A DNA stretch of 64,000 nucleotides from Lepidodermella squamata. Taxonomy: Eukaryota > Animalia > Gastrotricha. Both the position numbers and the translations under genes were made by a program. The notes beneath the pieces are model-generated. The model was not told where the DNA came from. It saw only the letters and a program-made list of their open reading frames with translations, and did not search any database. How positions within the stretch are numbered: position 1 is the stretch's first letter; the number at the start of each line of letters is the position of its first letter. The stretch covers positions 2,728,001 to 2,792,000 of the forward strand of contig JBLDXI010000003.1 of NCBI GenBank assembly GCA_047495785.1. Reading direction: 5' to 3'. Positions 14,002-25,510 of the stretch are shown here, piece by piece.

Positions 14002-15000
14002 ATGAACGGTTATTTAGCGATTTTTGTTCTCCTTATCGGTAATTTTTCATTGATTTTTGGTTATTAAGAATTTACCGATTTTTTGTTAGGAGTTTGCTCG
14101 GCTGGTTTTCCTCCGAAAAATGGAAAGCCAATCGTTGATAGTGGCGATAATGTTCGTCACTTCCGGCACGCCAGGAGTCTGAAACATCGCGAAACTTCGG
14201 ACGAAACCGCGAAGCAGAACCCGATTTTCCTACCCGCGAAGAAATCAGTCGGATTCGAACATGCCAAAGTCGCGATCGCAAAAACTAAAGCTTCGAACAA
14301 CGTCGAGCAGAAAAGTCCTGACGAAAAAATGGCTGAATCTTTCGAGTTCAAGCCCCGTTGTTCGATCGAGCACCACATCGATGAGCATTTCAACGGCAAA
14401 CTCGGCGAGCTGTACCGGCTTTTCCTGAAACGCTACGGCCGGCAGGTTGTTTCGGGTAAAAAGTACGCGGAACAGGTGCGGAACCTGGCGAAAGACGATG
14501 ATAAATCTGTGTACAAGTACAGCGAGGAGGAGATTTCGAACTACGAAGTTGCGAAGGAGTTGGCTAGACTCGAGGCTGGGGATGACAGTCGGATGGACGA
14601 TGAAGATGAGGCGCCTGGGTACCTAGACTCGCTTGATTATCACAAGAAAAATCTGCTGCGGAAACACGCTGGTCGGTCGGAGGTTTCTGAGGAGAAACCA
14701 TCGCCGAAGTCATCGCATCACGACCTTCCTAGTGCTAAGCCGAATAATTTGAACAAGGCCTACCCGAATTTGTTCCATTTCCAGGAGGAAGATAACGACC
14801 GCCGTTCGCCGATGAAGATCAGCTATTTCGATAAATTGAATGAGAAGATCAATTACCATTACCAGAATGCTGAGGAACAAGATAAAGGCAAAAATACTCA
14901 GCCTCGGGCTGGCTCTGGGTGGTCGAATTTCGGTAACGTCAAGCAATTGAAACCAGCCCAGAATGCTCGTCACCAGTACGCTAAGCCGAATTTCTTCTGA
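14002..15000 (+). CDS. Secreted charged low-complexity protein (exons 14002-14038, 14090-15000), divergent from the previous gene
   Basis: 37-nt signal exon MNGYLAIFVLLI, phase-1 intron, then GVCSAGFPPK... continuing the 305-aa ORF. Confidence 0.75.
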
Positions 15001-15293
15001 CAACCTTCTCTACAGGACTGATTCTGGATGATAATTAAATATTAATTGAATACTATTACTTCAATTTATTTCCCAGTGCTATTTGGAGCTATTTAATTTA
15101 ATAAAATTTTCTCAACCTGCATATTCTGTGAATCATCTTTGGACTATTTAAACGTTCAATTGGATGGTACGTTTTAACATAAAAAATTAGATCAAGGGAT
15201 GAGGCAGGAGTCCATAAGTGTAACATGTGCTCATTTCGGACAAACTCGTGTTTTTTGGGTTTTACTTATCATTTGTATTTATAAAAATTACGT

Positions 15294-15770
15294 AGGGTGA
15301 CTACAACCTAAGGGAGTCTATAAGACATATCTCCGCGCTGAGAAATAGGAAATGTATAATAAATTCTGTGACGGATACCAAATAACCCGTGTCTCGTAGG
15401 CTTGGTGATGAGCTAGGACCTGTTTTATGAGTGTCACCAAAATGCCCTCAAGTGTCATCAAAATCGAGTTTGCTCAATTATCACCGGTGATCAAACATTT
15501 TCTAGGTAGATCTCACCACGCTGATGACCTTTTTCTTTGAGAGCGGCTTCCTAGCTATCACCATTCTCGAGATAACCGCTCAGGTGTGACGCCAGGTTTG
15601 AGGTCACGTGACCAACTTGACACTGGATTTTCTCCCTAACCGCAAGTGATACAAATATGGGGTTTTCGAATTCTTGCTCCCCAATTTTTTCTCTATCGAA
15701 ATAGCGCGTGCCAATAAGGAAAGAAAAATAAAATATTTTCTCAAAAATATTCTGGGCTTCAACAGTCACT
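15294..15770. repeat. Interspersed ~450-bp non-coding repeat family A (MITE-like), copy 1
   Basis: Starts tagggtgactacaacc; shares long blocks (e.g. aggtcacgtgaccaacttgacactggatt) with copies at ~27419, ~30250 and ~46535. Confidence 0.8.
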
Positions 15771-15962
15771 GCCCCGCAAATAAAAAGGTGACAAGAGCGA
15801 TTTGAATCAACATTTTTCTATTCGATTTCCCTTCAAGTTTCTGATTTTTACCAGGATTTTTTCAGTATATTTGTTATTTATTTTTGCACTTTGATACGAC
15901 CCATAAGTATCACACTTATTTATTAGCATTTATCATCTCGAATTTATTCAATGAAATTAGAA

Positions 15963-16001
15963 ACACTGTTGCAACAACTTGTGGCCCTGAAAAGGGCCGG
16001 T
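15963..16001 (-). promoter_or_regulatory. Histone 3' stem-loop plus conserved downstream element (H3)
   Basis: ACCGGCCCTTTTCAGGGCCACAAGTTGTTGCAACAGTGT on the minus strand. Confidence 0.95.
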
Positions 16002-16033
16002 CGGTGTGGTGAGATCTTCAGTGAACTGGTGGT

Positions 16034-16465
<432 letters not shown>

Positions 16466-16544
16466 TTATTTAACGAAAAATGCTATTGCAATTCAAATTG
16501 AAAACAACCGACAATAAAACCGTTGTAATTTCATATCTGATGCG

Positions 16545-16663
16545 CTCGCGAGGGCGGGAAATAATAGCCAATGAGAAGTGTGCGCAATTATTACATCCGG
16601 CCAATCAACGTGCGCGCACAATTATTAGCACGTAAATAGCGCAGTAAAATGCACAAACGGTTG
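16545..16663. promoter_or_regulatory. H3/H4 bidirectional promoter: GC box, two CCAAT boxes, TATA-like TAAATA (16633)
   Basis: GGGCGG ~16552, CCAAT ~16569 and ~16602, TAAATA 16633-16638, located between divergent H3 and H4. Confidence 0.65.
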
Positions 16664-16665
16664 AG

Positions 16666-17679
16666 ATGACGTCGGCAGCTGGACAAGCGAAGGTCCTCGA
16701 CTGTGGCAAATGGCCGGCGGACGCATTTGGTGGCAAGGCGTGGTCTCATCAGCCAGGCGACTACGCCAAGCGGCCCGTCCAACGACCCGAGCGACAACCG
16801 GTTCGACCTTTGCTCTGGAAAGCGAAGACGTACGGCCTTCCCGACTGGGCCGAGCTAGACGAAGTCGAAACCGACCTTAAAGGTGACGGTATTTCTAAAT
16901 TAATTAGAATTCCATCTAAAATCGGCCGCAATGGCCCAGTTGTCATTGAATTTAATAGTGAAGATGCCCGGAAGAAAGCGTTCGATACTGGCCTTGTCTG
17001 GTGCTCGATGCTTCTGAAGGTCGTTCCGTACGTCGAGAAGCTGCAGCCCAGGCAGTGCTACCGGTGTCAGGGTTTCGGCCACGTCGAGCTCGCGTGTCCT
17101 GAGAAGCAGCCGAAGTGCGCCAACTGCAGTGGTCCTCACGACCGGCGAGTCCTAGGCGCCTGCCCGATCGAAGCTGAGAAGAAGAAGCGCGAGGCGGAGC
17201 GGCAACGCCACCTTGAGCAGATGACCGACGAGATCGTGGTCCCGGAGCCTCTGCACCTGGTCTGCGCCAACTGCGGCAAAGACCACTCGGCGAGCTACGG
17301 CGGCTGCGAAGAGAAGAGGAAGTGGAGTCAAGTCGTCGCCGGCAAGGCCGATCGCAAGCCCGAGCAGAAGCCCGAGCAGAAGTCGACCCCGCCGGCCGAG
17401 CAGGCGAAGAAGACGGCAGAGAGTACTGGTAGCGACGACGGTGTCATCCGCAAGGAGGACATTCTGGACATCCTGAAGACGATGGCGACGGCGATGGTGG
17501 CGGCTTTCACAGCGGCGAACAATGTCGGCAAAGGCAAGTCACCTGCTGATGCTGTTGTTGCTGTCATCGCGGATAGTCTCGCCGCGCTGGTCAAGCCCGA
17601 CACGGTACGATCATGGTTCGCCAAGGCACCGCGTCAACCGCCCAGTTCAGGCAACAACGGTCGAACGGGTCGCCGCTGA
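16666..17679 (+). CDS. LINE ORF1, gag-like nucleic-acid-binding protein with three CCHC knuckles
   Basis: CYRCQGFGHVELAC, CANCSGPHDRRVLGAC, CANCGKDHSASYGGC. Confidence 0.9.
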   Translation: MTSAAGQAKVLDCGKWPADAFGGKAWSHQPGDYAKRPVQRPERQPVRPLLWKAKTYGLPDWAELDEVETDLKGDGISKLIRIPSKIGRNGPVVIEFNSEDARKKAFDTGLVWCSMLLKVVPYVEKLQPRQCYRCQGFGHVELACPEKQPKCANCSGPHDRRVLGACPIEAEKKKREAERQRHLEQMTDEIVVPEPLHLVCANCGKDHSASYGGCEEKRKWSQVVAGKADRKPEQKPEQKSTPPAEQAKKTAESTGSDDGVIRKEDILDILKTMATAMVAAFTAANNVGKGKSPADAVVAVIADSLAALVKPDTVRSWFAKAPRQPPSSGNNGRTGRR

Positions 17680-17681
17680 GT

Positions 17682-20543
17682 ATGGCCAAGTGGACCGACG
17701 GGCAAGCCGGTATGGAGAGATGGTTGTCTGTCGTAGGATGGAACTGCAACCGGTTCAACGCACGTCACCCAGCAGATTATGCTCATTTAGTAGACGAGAT
17801 TAGGCCACATGTGATATGTTTATCTGAAACTTGGTTGCTAAATAGTGATTTTGATAATTACGATTTGCTCGGCTACACTGCCTACCCTTCCGCGAGAAAA
17901 AAGGACAAAATGGGTGGCGGTGTAGCCGTTCTCCTTCGCTCAGACCTAGAATTAATATCTATTACCGAATATGTTTACGCTGAGGACGACCCGAAGTCAG
18001 CGACGGAGTGGCTCGCGGTCACGTTTCGACTGCCCGGTAGCAACGAGGAGCTGACCGTGGCGGCGTTCTACCGTGCGCCCGATGTCGAGCTGGACGCGGA
18101 GGCTCTTAGGACCGTTCTGAAGCGCGGCCGCTGCATGGTCTACGGCGACTTCAACGCTACGATCGGCTGGCTCGGCTACGATGGCTACGACCGGCCCGGA
18201 AGGCTGATCGACGAGATTGTGGTGGATGGCGATGGTGTGTGTCTGAACAAGGCGAACGACCCGACGTTCTGGTCGCACTTGGGCAACGGCTCGACGAACG
18301 ACCTGTGGCTGGTGTCGCCGGACGTGGCGGCGCGGTGCGAGCAGGTGGAGGTGTCGGAGACGTTTGGCAGCAACCACGCGGCGATCTGCACCCGGTTCCA
18401 GTTGGGCCCGGCTGGTGGCAACGGCGACAACGCGACGCAGCAAATGCGGCGCAACTACGCTGAAGCGGACTGGCCGAAGTTTGTGGCTGAAATCGACCGG
18501 CGGCTCGAGGAGGTCGTACCGCCGGACCCGATGACGGCGACCGAGCAGCAACTCGACGACTACGACGCGACAGTGGTCAAGGCGATGACCGACGCGGCGG
18601 ACGCGGCGATCCCGCTCGTACCGGCGAAGAAGATCCGAGGGTGGCGCCTGACACCGAAAATCAAGGCGGCGATACGAAGTCGACACCGTTATCAGCGGCT
18701 GTGGCGGTCGACCAAATCGTTTTATTACAAGCGGTTGTGGCAGTCGAAATGCCGCGAAGTCAAGCGGCTGGTCAAGGATGCCAAGGCGAAAGCTCTGGCG
18801 GCCAAGATCAAGGCGATCGAGCGGCACCGCCACATCAACATGCGGTCTTTCTGGCGGCAGTACCAGCAGGTCAGCTCGGGCGAGGGCTACACCCCGAGGG
18901 CCCGGTTCAAGCCGATCAAGGCGCCCGATGGTTCTATGGCGACGACCGACGAACAGCGAGCCGACGTAATTGGGCAGCACCTGTGCAGCTCATTCGAAGG
19001 CGATGCGCGGCCACCCCAGTGTGCCGAGGGGGCCGCGCTTCATAACCAGGTCAGTGTCGCTTTTCCAGAAAAATGTAGTGATGTTTTAAACCCTCTCCCG
19101 GTGGGCGACGCGAGACGCAACGCCGATAGGTCGCTTCTCATCAGCCGGTCCGAATTTCGACGGGCCGTTCGAGGGCTGCGACTCAAAGCACCGGGTCTGG
19201 ACGACATCAGCAATCTGCTAATCAAGCGGGGCGGCGCGACGCTTCACCGGCATCTGCGCTGCTTGTTCAACCTGTCCTTGGCAACTGGCTACGTCCCGCG
19301 GCGGTGGAAAATCGCCGTAATCGTGCCGCTGCCTCGGGCGGGCAAGGATTTGTCTACACCGGACGGTTATCGACCGGTCTCGCTCTTGCCTACAATCGCA
19401 AAGCTGCTGGAGTTGATTCTCGCACGGCGGCTACTCGAGATGGCAGAACGAGCCGGAATTCTACCCGAACACCAGAGCGGATTCCGTTTGCTGCGCTCGA
19501 CCGACGACGCACTGTTTCGGCTGTCGGAGTTGGTCGCTCGCGGTTTTACACGGCGAAGAGCAACGGTGGCGGCCTCCATCGATTTCAAGGGCGCATTCAA
19601 CGCCGTGTGGCACGATGGGCTGCGTCTGAAGCTAGTCGAGCTGGCGCCAAAGAAGGTTCCGGTCGGCCTCGTCCGTTGGCTGTCGTCGTTTCTCCGCGAT
19701 CGGCAGTTCTGCGTACGGGTCGGCGAGGCAATCAGCCGACTGTTCGCAATTAAGGCTGGCGTGCCGCAAGGCAGCTCGCTTTCACCGGTCTTATTCATCA
19801 TTTTCACGGCCAACCTGTTGGCCGACACTGACAACCCGACGAACGCGTCGTTTGCCGACGATGCGATGACGGCTGCCTCGGCCCGCGATGTTAAAACCGC
19901 GGCCAAGGTGGTGCAAGCCGCTCTCGACCGGGTCTCTCGCTGGAGCCGGATGTGGCGGCTGCCTCTGAACCCGACGAAGTGTGTGGCGATGTTGTTTCGA
20001 CGTAACAACAAGAAGCACTCGCCGAAAGATGTCGAGCTGTTTGTCGATGGCGTCAAACTCGAAGTCGTCGACAGCACGAAGTACCTAGGCGTGACTTTCG
20101 ACTCGCGGCTCTCGTTCCGCGAGCACTTCCGCACGGTTGCCGACAAGTGCAAGCGCCGCCTTAATGGCCTGCGCCTCGTTGCTGGCAAACGTCTTGGCTT
20201 CAGCGTCAGGTCGGCACTGCTAGTCTACAAGCAGCTGATCCGATCTGTGATGGAATATGGCGCACCGGCGTGGGTTGGCCGTCTCAACAAGCCGTCCCGC
20301 GTCGCGAATCTACAAGTTGTCCAGAACGCCGCTCTTCGGACGGCGCTTCATCTGCCTCGCGATACTCGCATTAGCGAGCTACATCAGCTTGCCGGTGTGA
20401 GGCTCTTCTGCCGACACGTCGTCCTTCGCTGCCGGCGCTACCTGGCACGAGCAACGAAGAACTTGAAGGTGATCAAGCACCTGGCTGGTCAGCACGCTGT
20501 GTGGCCGTCGAAAAACGGCCCGCTATCCGTCATTCTGCGCTAA
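17682..20543 (+). CDS. LINE ORF2: apurinic-like endonuclease + reverse transcriptase (no RNase H)
   Basis: APE motifs WNCN, LSETWL, GGGVA, YRAP, GDFNA, SNH; RT motifs KAPGLD, YRPVSLL, QSGFR, DFKGAFN, GVPQGSSLSP, FADD, KYLGV. ATG 2 nt after the ORF1 stop (the ORF track starts at 17613). Confidence 0.95.
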   Translation: MAKWTDGQAGMERWLSVVGWNCNRFNARHPADYAHLVDEIRPHVICLSETWLLNSDFDNYDLLGYTAYPSARKKDKMGGGVAVLLRSDLELISITEYVYAEDDPKSATEWLAVTFRLPGSNEELTVAAFYRAPDVELDAEALRTVLKRGRCMVYGDFNATIGWLGYDGYDRPGRLIDEIVVDGDGVCLNKANDPTFWSHLGNGSTNDLWLVSPDVAARCEQVEVSETFGSNHAAICTRFQLGPAGGNGDNATQQMRRNYAEADWPKFVAEIDRRLEEVVPPDPMTATEQQLDDYDATVVKAMTDAADAAIPLVPAKKIRGWRLTPKIKAAIRSRHRYQRLWRSTKSFYYKRLWQSKCREVKRLVKDAKAKALAAKIKAIERHRHINMRSFWRQYQQVSSGEGYTPRARFKPIKAPDGSMATTDEQRADVIGQHLCSSFEGDARPPQCAEGAALHNQVSVAFPEKCSDVLNPLPVGDARRNADRSLLISRSEFRRAVRGLRLKAPGLDDISNLLIKRGGATLHRHLRCLFNLSLATGYVPRRWKIAVIVPLPRAGKDLSTPDGYRPVSLLPTIAKLLELILARRLLEMAERAGILPEHQSGFRLLRSTDDALFRLSELVARGFTRRRATVAASIDFKGAFNAVWHDGLRLKLVELAPKKVPVGLVRWLSSFLRDRQFCVRVGEAISRLFAIKAGVPQGSSLSPVLFIIFTANLLADTDNPTNASFADDAMTAASARDVKTAAKVVQAALDRVSRWSRMWRLPLNPTKCVAMLFRRNNKKHSPKDVELFVDGVKLEVVDSTKYLGVTFDSRLSFREHFRTVADKCKRRLNGLRLVAGKRLGFSVRSALLVYKQLIRSVMEYGAPAWVGRLNKPSRVANLQVVQNAALRTALHLPRDTRISELHQLAGVRLFCRHVVLRCRRYLARATKNLKVIKHLAGQHAVWPSKNGPLSVILR

Positions 20544-20772
20544 AAAAGCTGAAAAATCAATCAAATATATATATTTTATTTCTCTATTTTATCCGGTGAT
20601 TCAAATAATTTCTCTCCTCCGTGATTCTGATAATAGCGTAGTTTTTCTGGAAATATTGATGATAATTCTGATGCAGTGTCGTATGGGCCGTACGACATTT
20701 TGACTGTCAAGAGGTCCAGTGCTAAATAAAACCAGAAAATGCACAAAAAACAAACGGTTGTTAGTGGCTTAA

Positions 20773-21129
<357 letters not shown>

Positions 21130-21178
21130 GATCATCATCAATCGACTGCTCTCAACATCAGCGTCATAATCAGCCCTA

Positions 21179-21217
21179 ACCGGCCCTTTTCAGGGCCACA
21201 AGTTGTTGCAACAGTGT
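21179..21217 (+). promoter_or_regulatory. Histone 3' stem-loop plus conserved downstream element (H4)
   Basis: Same 39-mer as after H3. Confidence 0.95.
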
Positions 21218-21853
21218 TTACCCTAAACGAGTAACGAAATAGTAAACCGATCAAATAATAAACATGCCTCGTCTTGTTGTCTGATTTTAAATAAAATTGC
21301 GGCTGAAATACAGGTGAAAGTGTTTGATTAAACAAACGAATAAGTTTTCGATCGAAATATTTGGGGAAATCCCATTATAAAAATTCCATTAAAAGTTCAG
21401 AGCTATCCGGTAAAATAAAAACTAAAGTAACATAGAATAAATAAATGAATAAATAAATAATGATGTAACTGCAGAATTCTGGCGAGATCGATTTGTCAGA
21501 AACTAATTCAAAACGAGAATGGAGTCAACCTGCGACTTGGAGCATTTTATAAGACTTAGCAAATTCAATTTGCAAACCGACCAGGTGGGTCATCGGCTAC
21601 GGCACTCGAAAGCCGTCTCAAATTATTTTTACCCAGTTACGTTTAGTTTTTTGGTGTCGCCAAAAAAAGAACCAGAATCCTTGGCAAATTTGCGATTGAA
21701 ATCGAGAAAATTGTTCGTAAAATTAGTAGTTCATCAAATCGATGGAAGAATAAATAAATTAATTAATTAATTAATTTTCTGTTTTCTGTTACGGGTAAGG
21801 TCTGGTTTCGATATCAAAACTCAGAAAACTACATTTCACTAGTAATAGCGATA

Positions 21854-22543
21854 CCGTGGTGTGGGGTAACTTGGCCGGAAATATGGTTTTTTGAACCTCT
21901 TATGTCTCCGGTAACTTGTTTTGCTTTAAATTTTATACCTAAAAAAATCCCCGTTCAATTCACGATCGATTGGTCAAAACCCGGTCGACGACCGATAAAA
22001 TCAATCGATTCTGTGGAGGTTGAAGTGATCTTGACCAAGTGGGGTAACTTGGCCGGTGCGTGGTGTAACTTGGCCGCATGGCTATTTCACTTGGCGATGA
22101 ACCGTCTGACAGAAACTAGGACGATGATTCATCACACCCTCTCATGTCCAGGCCAAATTTTGGTGCGCGTTTCGCACGTTAAAAATCGGCCAAGTTACCC
22201 CACAAAATTCAGGTAATTACCGCTCGCGATTGCGACATCAGTTTTCTGAGTTCAAGGTGTCATTTGAAAGATATCACCGGGAAGAATCTTTCTGTGAAAA
22301 CGGCGTTTTTATCCGATCCCAGAATTCCTTGTTATAAATGCTCAAAATCTCAGCGCCTAAAATGAACGAGTTGGTACTGACCTACCTTGTCATTTAAAAA
22401 ACGATTTTTCGAATTCGGTAAAAAGGGAGCTGTAGCTCAGGTGGCAAGGAATGTTCTTATGAAAAAAATCCTCGAAAAAAGTTTTTCTCGATGTGAAATC
22501 GTCTAGAAGGCGACTTTTACGGCCAAGTTACCCCACGCCACGG
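21854..22543. mobile_element. Non-autonomous TIR element (MITE) with TA duplication, between H4 and H2A
   Basis: TA|CCGTGGTGTGGGGTAACTTGGCCG ... CGGCCAAGTTACCCCACGCCACGG|TA (24-bp TIR, 1 mismatch); internal copies of the TIR core at ~22039, ~22060 and ~22187. Confidence 0.85.
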
Positions 22544-22694
22544 TAGAATTGTATCGCGCCATTTTTATTGTTTTTCGTATCAGCCGAATTTTTTATTCAC
22601 GCTCGAAATCGGTTTTTTGATAAATTTCACAAATCTACCTGCATTATACGATTATTTTATTTCCTTTTATGGCTAGTGAAAATAAGAACTATAA

Positions 22695-22733
22695 ACACTG
22701 TTGCAACAACTTGTGGCCCTGAAAAGGGCCGGT
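22695..22733 (-). promoter_or_regulatory. Histone 3' stem-loop plus conserved downstream element (H2A)
   Basis: Same 39-mer on the minus strand. Confidence 0.95.
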
Positions 22734-22769
22734 TCATGCTTTTTGAAAAGCAGCTCGATGGTTAGTCGC

Positions 22770-23213
22770 TTACTGAGATTGGCTAGCAGCGGCCTTCTTC
22801 TTGCCACCAGTCGCCGGCTTGGCAGCAGGTGCTTCGGCCGTCTTCTTGGGCAACAAGACGGTCTGGATGTTGGGCAGAACACCGCCTTGAGCAATCGTAA
22901 CGTGCGACAGCAGCTTGTTCAACTCCTCGTCGTTGCGGATCGCCAGTTGGATGTGGCGAGGCACGATGCGCGTCTTCTTGTTGTCACGAGCGGCGTTACC
23001 GGCCAACTCGAGCACTTCCGCAGCCAGGTACTCCATGACGGCGGCGAGGTACACAGGTGCACCAGCGCCGACACGCTCGGCGTAATTACCGCGCTTCAAC
23101 AAACGGGTGATACGACCGACCGGAAATTGAAGACCGGCACGCGATGACTTAGTCTTGGCCTTCTGGCGGTTAGCCTTGCCTCCCTTACCACGACCAGCAG
23201 CTGGAGCGGACAT
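22770..23213 (-). CDS. H2A: Histone H2A with extended C-terminal tail ending ASQSQ (H2A.X-like)
   Basis: [12 protein letters not shown]...[13 protein letters not shown] core; 147 aa; stem-loop downstream. Confidence 0.98.
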   Translation of the reverse strand: MSAPAAGRGKGGKANRQKAKTKSSRAGLQFPVGRITRLLKRGNYAERVGAGAPVYLAAVMEYLAAEVLELAGNAARDNKKTRIVPRHIQLAIRNDEELNKLLSHVTIAQGGVLPNIQTVLLPKKTAEAPAAKPATGGKKKAAASQSQ

Positions 23214-23572
23214 TGTTGATGATGTTGATAAGCGTTAAAATTGCGAATATTACAGAATGAGCACGAACAAATTGCCCGAACACCTGATTTTTCATTAAAT
23301 ACCCCACGTTGGCATTAATTTCTGTCTCATGTGCGATTCAAATTTTCAAATCATTGTTTATTGCTTTATTAGCCAATCAGATTGCGTGTTTTTACCGCGC
23401 GCGCGTATTTACAATTATTGCACACTTTATTGGCACGTGTCATTAACGCGAACCGGACGCGCGCACTAATGCCGACCGGATGTTATAATGAAAGCGAAAT
23501 TGCGCGCTTAGATTGTTCGGAAGTTGTAATAAATTTTTGCTTAATCAACGCTTGAAATCTCAATCTACCACC

Positions 23573-23947
23573 ATGTCGCCTAAGGTTACTGGTAAAGTTG
23601 CGTCGAAGGGTTCGAAGAAGGCCGCGAAGCCGAAGACCGCCGGCGAGAAGAAGAAGCGCCATCGTCGCCGTGAGTCGTACAACATCTACATCTACAAGGT
23701 GTTGAAGCAGGTTCACCCTGACACCGGCATCTCCGGCAAGGCTATGGCCATCATGAACTCGTTCGTCAACGACATCTTCGAGCGCATCGCCCTCGAGTCG
23801 TCGCGCCTGGCGCACTACAACAAGAAGGCCACAATCAGCAGTCGAGAGGTACAAACGGCTGTTCGACTCCTGTTGCCCGGTGAGCTCGCCAAGCACGCCG
23901 TCTCCGAGGGCACCAAGGCTGTCACCAAGTACACCAGCTCGAAATAA
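23573..23947 (+). CDS. H2B: Histone H2B
   Basis: MSPK...[22 protein letters not shown]...TKYTSSK, 124 aa; start at ccaccATG 23573. Confidence 0.98.
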   Translation: MSPKVTGKVASKGSKKAAKPKTAGEKKKRHRRRESYNIYIYKVLKQVHPDTGISGKAMAIMNSFVNDIFERIALESSRLAHYNKKATISSREVQTAVRLLLPGELAKHAVSEGTKAVTKYTSSK

Positions 23948-23986
23948 GCTGCTGACGAAGACATCAACATCGTCTTCCTACTCCGA

Positions 23987-24025
23987 ACCGGCCCTTTTCA
24001 GGGCCACAAGTTGTTGCAACAGTGT
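23987..24025 (+). promoter_or_regulatory. Histone 3' stem-loop plus conserved downstream element (H2B)
   Basis: Same 39-mer. Confidence 0.95.
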
Positions 24026-24419
24026 CAATTTTAGTTTGAATTTCGAACTTTTTGAATAAAATTCCTGAATAAAATGATGTGGAAAATCGATGCTGAGCCG
24101 GTAGGGCGAAACAAAGGACAAGGGGCGTTAAGATGCAAAAAAGTGAACATTTTGCCGCAGGCGATTCTTAACGCCCCGCTTTGGGCCGATTCCTGTGCGT
24201 TAACGCCGCTTGTCCTTTATTCTTGAAGCTTGAGAAAATTGGTTACGTATCGATTAAAAAAATTAAAAAATTCTATGAGAAACGGTAAAACGTGAGACAT
24301 AAATTCATTCATCAGAAATAAATGAATTATCAGAAATAATCAGAAATTTGAAAAACAGCAAAAACTCGTTTTGGACATGAGGAAACTCAATTTTCTCCTA
24401 TGATTGAGGCTAAAAAACG

Positions 24420-24705
24420 ATACAGAAATAGTGTTTCTGTATTCCTGTACAATACAGAAACACTTTTATTAAGATGGACTTTTTATTTTCGCATTTTCCT
24501 ATATAAATGGCGTACAAGATCACTTTTTCCCGCACTTTCTAGCTACGTTTCTCCGAGTTTTTAGCAGATACAGAGGAGAAAAGCAATCTCGGATTTACTC
24601 CGAATACAGAAACACTTTTCTTGTACTCATGACTGTATTCATCTTCGGTTCCTGCGGAACCTCGATTCATACAGTCATTCGTACAAGAAAAGTGTTTCTG
24701 TATTC
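24420..24705. repeat. Fold-back repeat; 104-bp hairpin 24602-24705
   Basis: Perfect 25-bp inverted repeat (24602-24626 / 24681-24705) with nested 10-bp and 6-bp IRs; extra copies of tacagaaacac at ~24421-24467. Confidence 0.8.
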
Positions 24706-25510
24706 TGAGCCATCCAAGATTGCTTAAATCTCCAATTAGGAAAAATAATCAGCTCTACATTCTCTCCTTCATTACCTGGAATCTCTTCGATTTCCGTCAT
24801 CTTCAACCGCAAAGTGTTCGAACTCGTCCAACTTTTCGTAAATTTATGAAAACAAGAGCCACAACAATAATATTACGATTTTTTCCCGTCTCATCAGCGT
24901 GACGACAAAATTAAACTTTAAATATTTTCCTTTTAATTTCACAAACTCAGGGTTTGCAATATTTTGAAGGAAACTTCACGTTTACCGATTTATTTCGATT
25001 TTCAAAGGTGTATTCTTCAAGTTGGAGCTTTAGAGGCTAGTTTCCTGCAAAAAAGGCGTTAAAATCGGCTACACGCCGTTCGACGGAAAAATTTGTTGTA
25101 CGTGAGCTATTTTTACGAACAAATTTTTCAGCTCCAAGGACGATGCATATATCGGCACGCCCTTTTTAATTTTTGAATATCAAATTCAACCCTATTCCCT
25201 TCAAAAAACGGGAGTCCCACTCTAAGTAGTACAGATAGCGAAAAATGTTACCGAAAATTGCTTTGTTAAAGCTAGAAAACACGTGCAATTTGTGAAAAAT
25301 TCCAACTTGATGATAACCGCTTCGACTTGATGTCTCTAAGTGGCATACCTACCCTATTCTAGAGTGCTCAAAGTTCGATTTGAAACATTTTATTTTAATA
25401 TCGAAAATATATTATAAATATCATTCTGCGAAGTTACCTTTCAACATGATTTTTTTCTATAACATCGGTGGTTAATTTGGAGCTTTTTGGTGAATTCAAC
25501 AACTCGAATT

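Larger units (their letters stand above)
16664..20749 (+). mobile_element. Non-LTR retrotransposon (APE+RT, Jockey/I-group-like), both ORFs intact, inserted in the H4 core promoter
   Basis: TSD ACAAACGGTTG at 16653-16663 and 20750-20760; ORF1 gag-like, ORF2 APE-RT; 3'UTR hairpin 20677-20697; AATAAA 20725-20730; short A tail. Confidence 0.95.

Noticed and set aside
17997-20188. Long antisense and alternate-frame ORFs (327 aa, 273 aa and others) within the LINE
   Set aside because: Expected shadows of GC-rich, codon-biased ORF2; no motifs.
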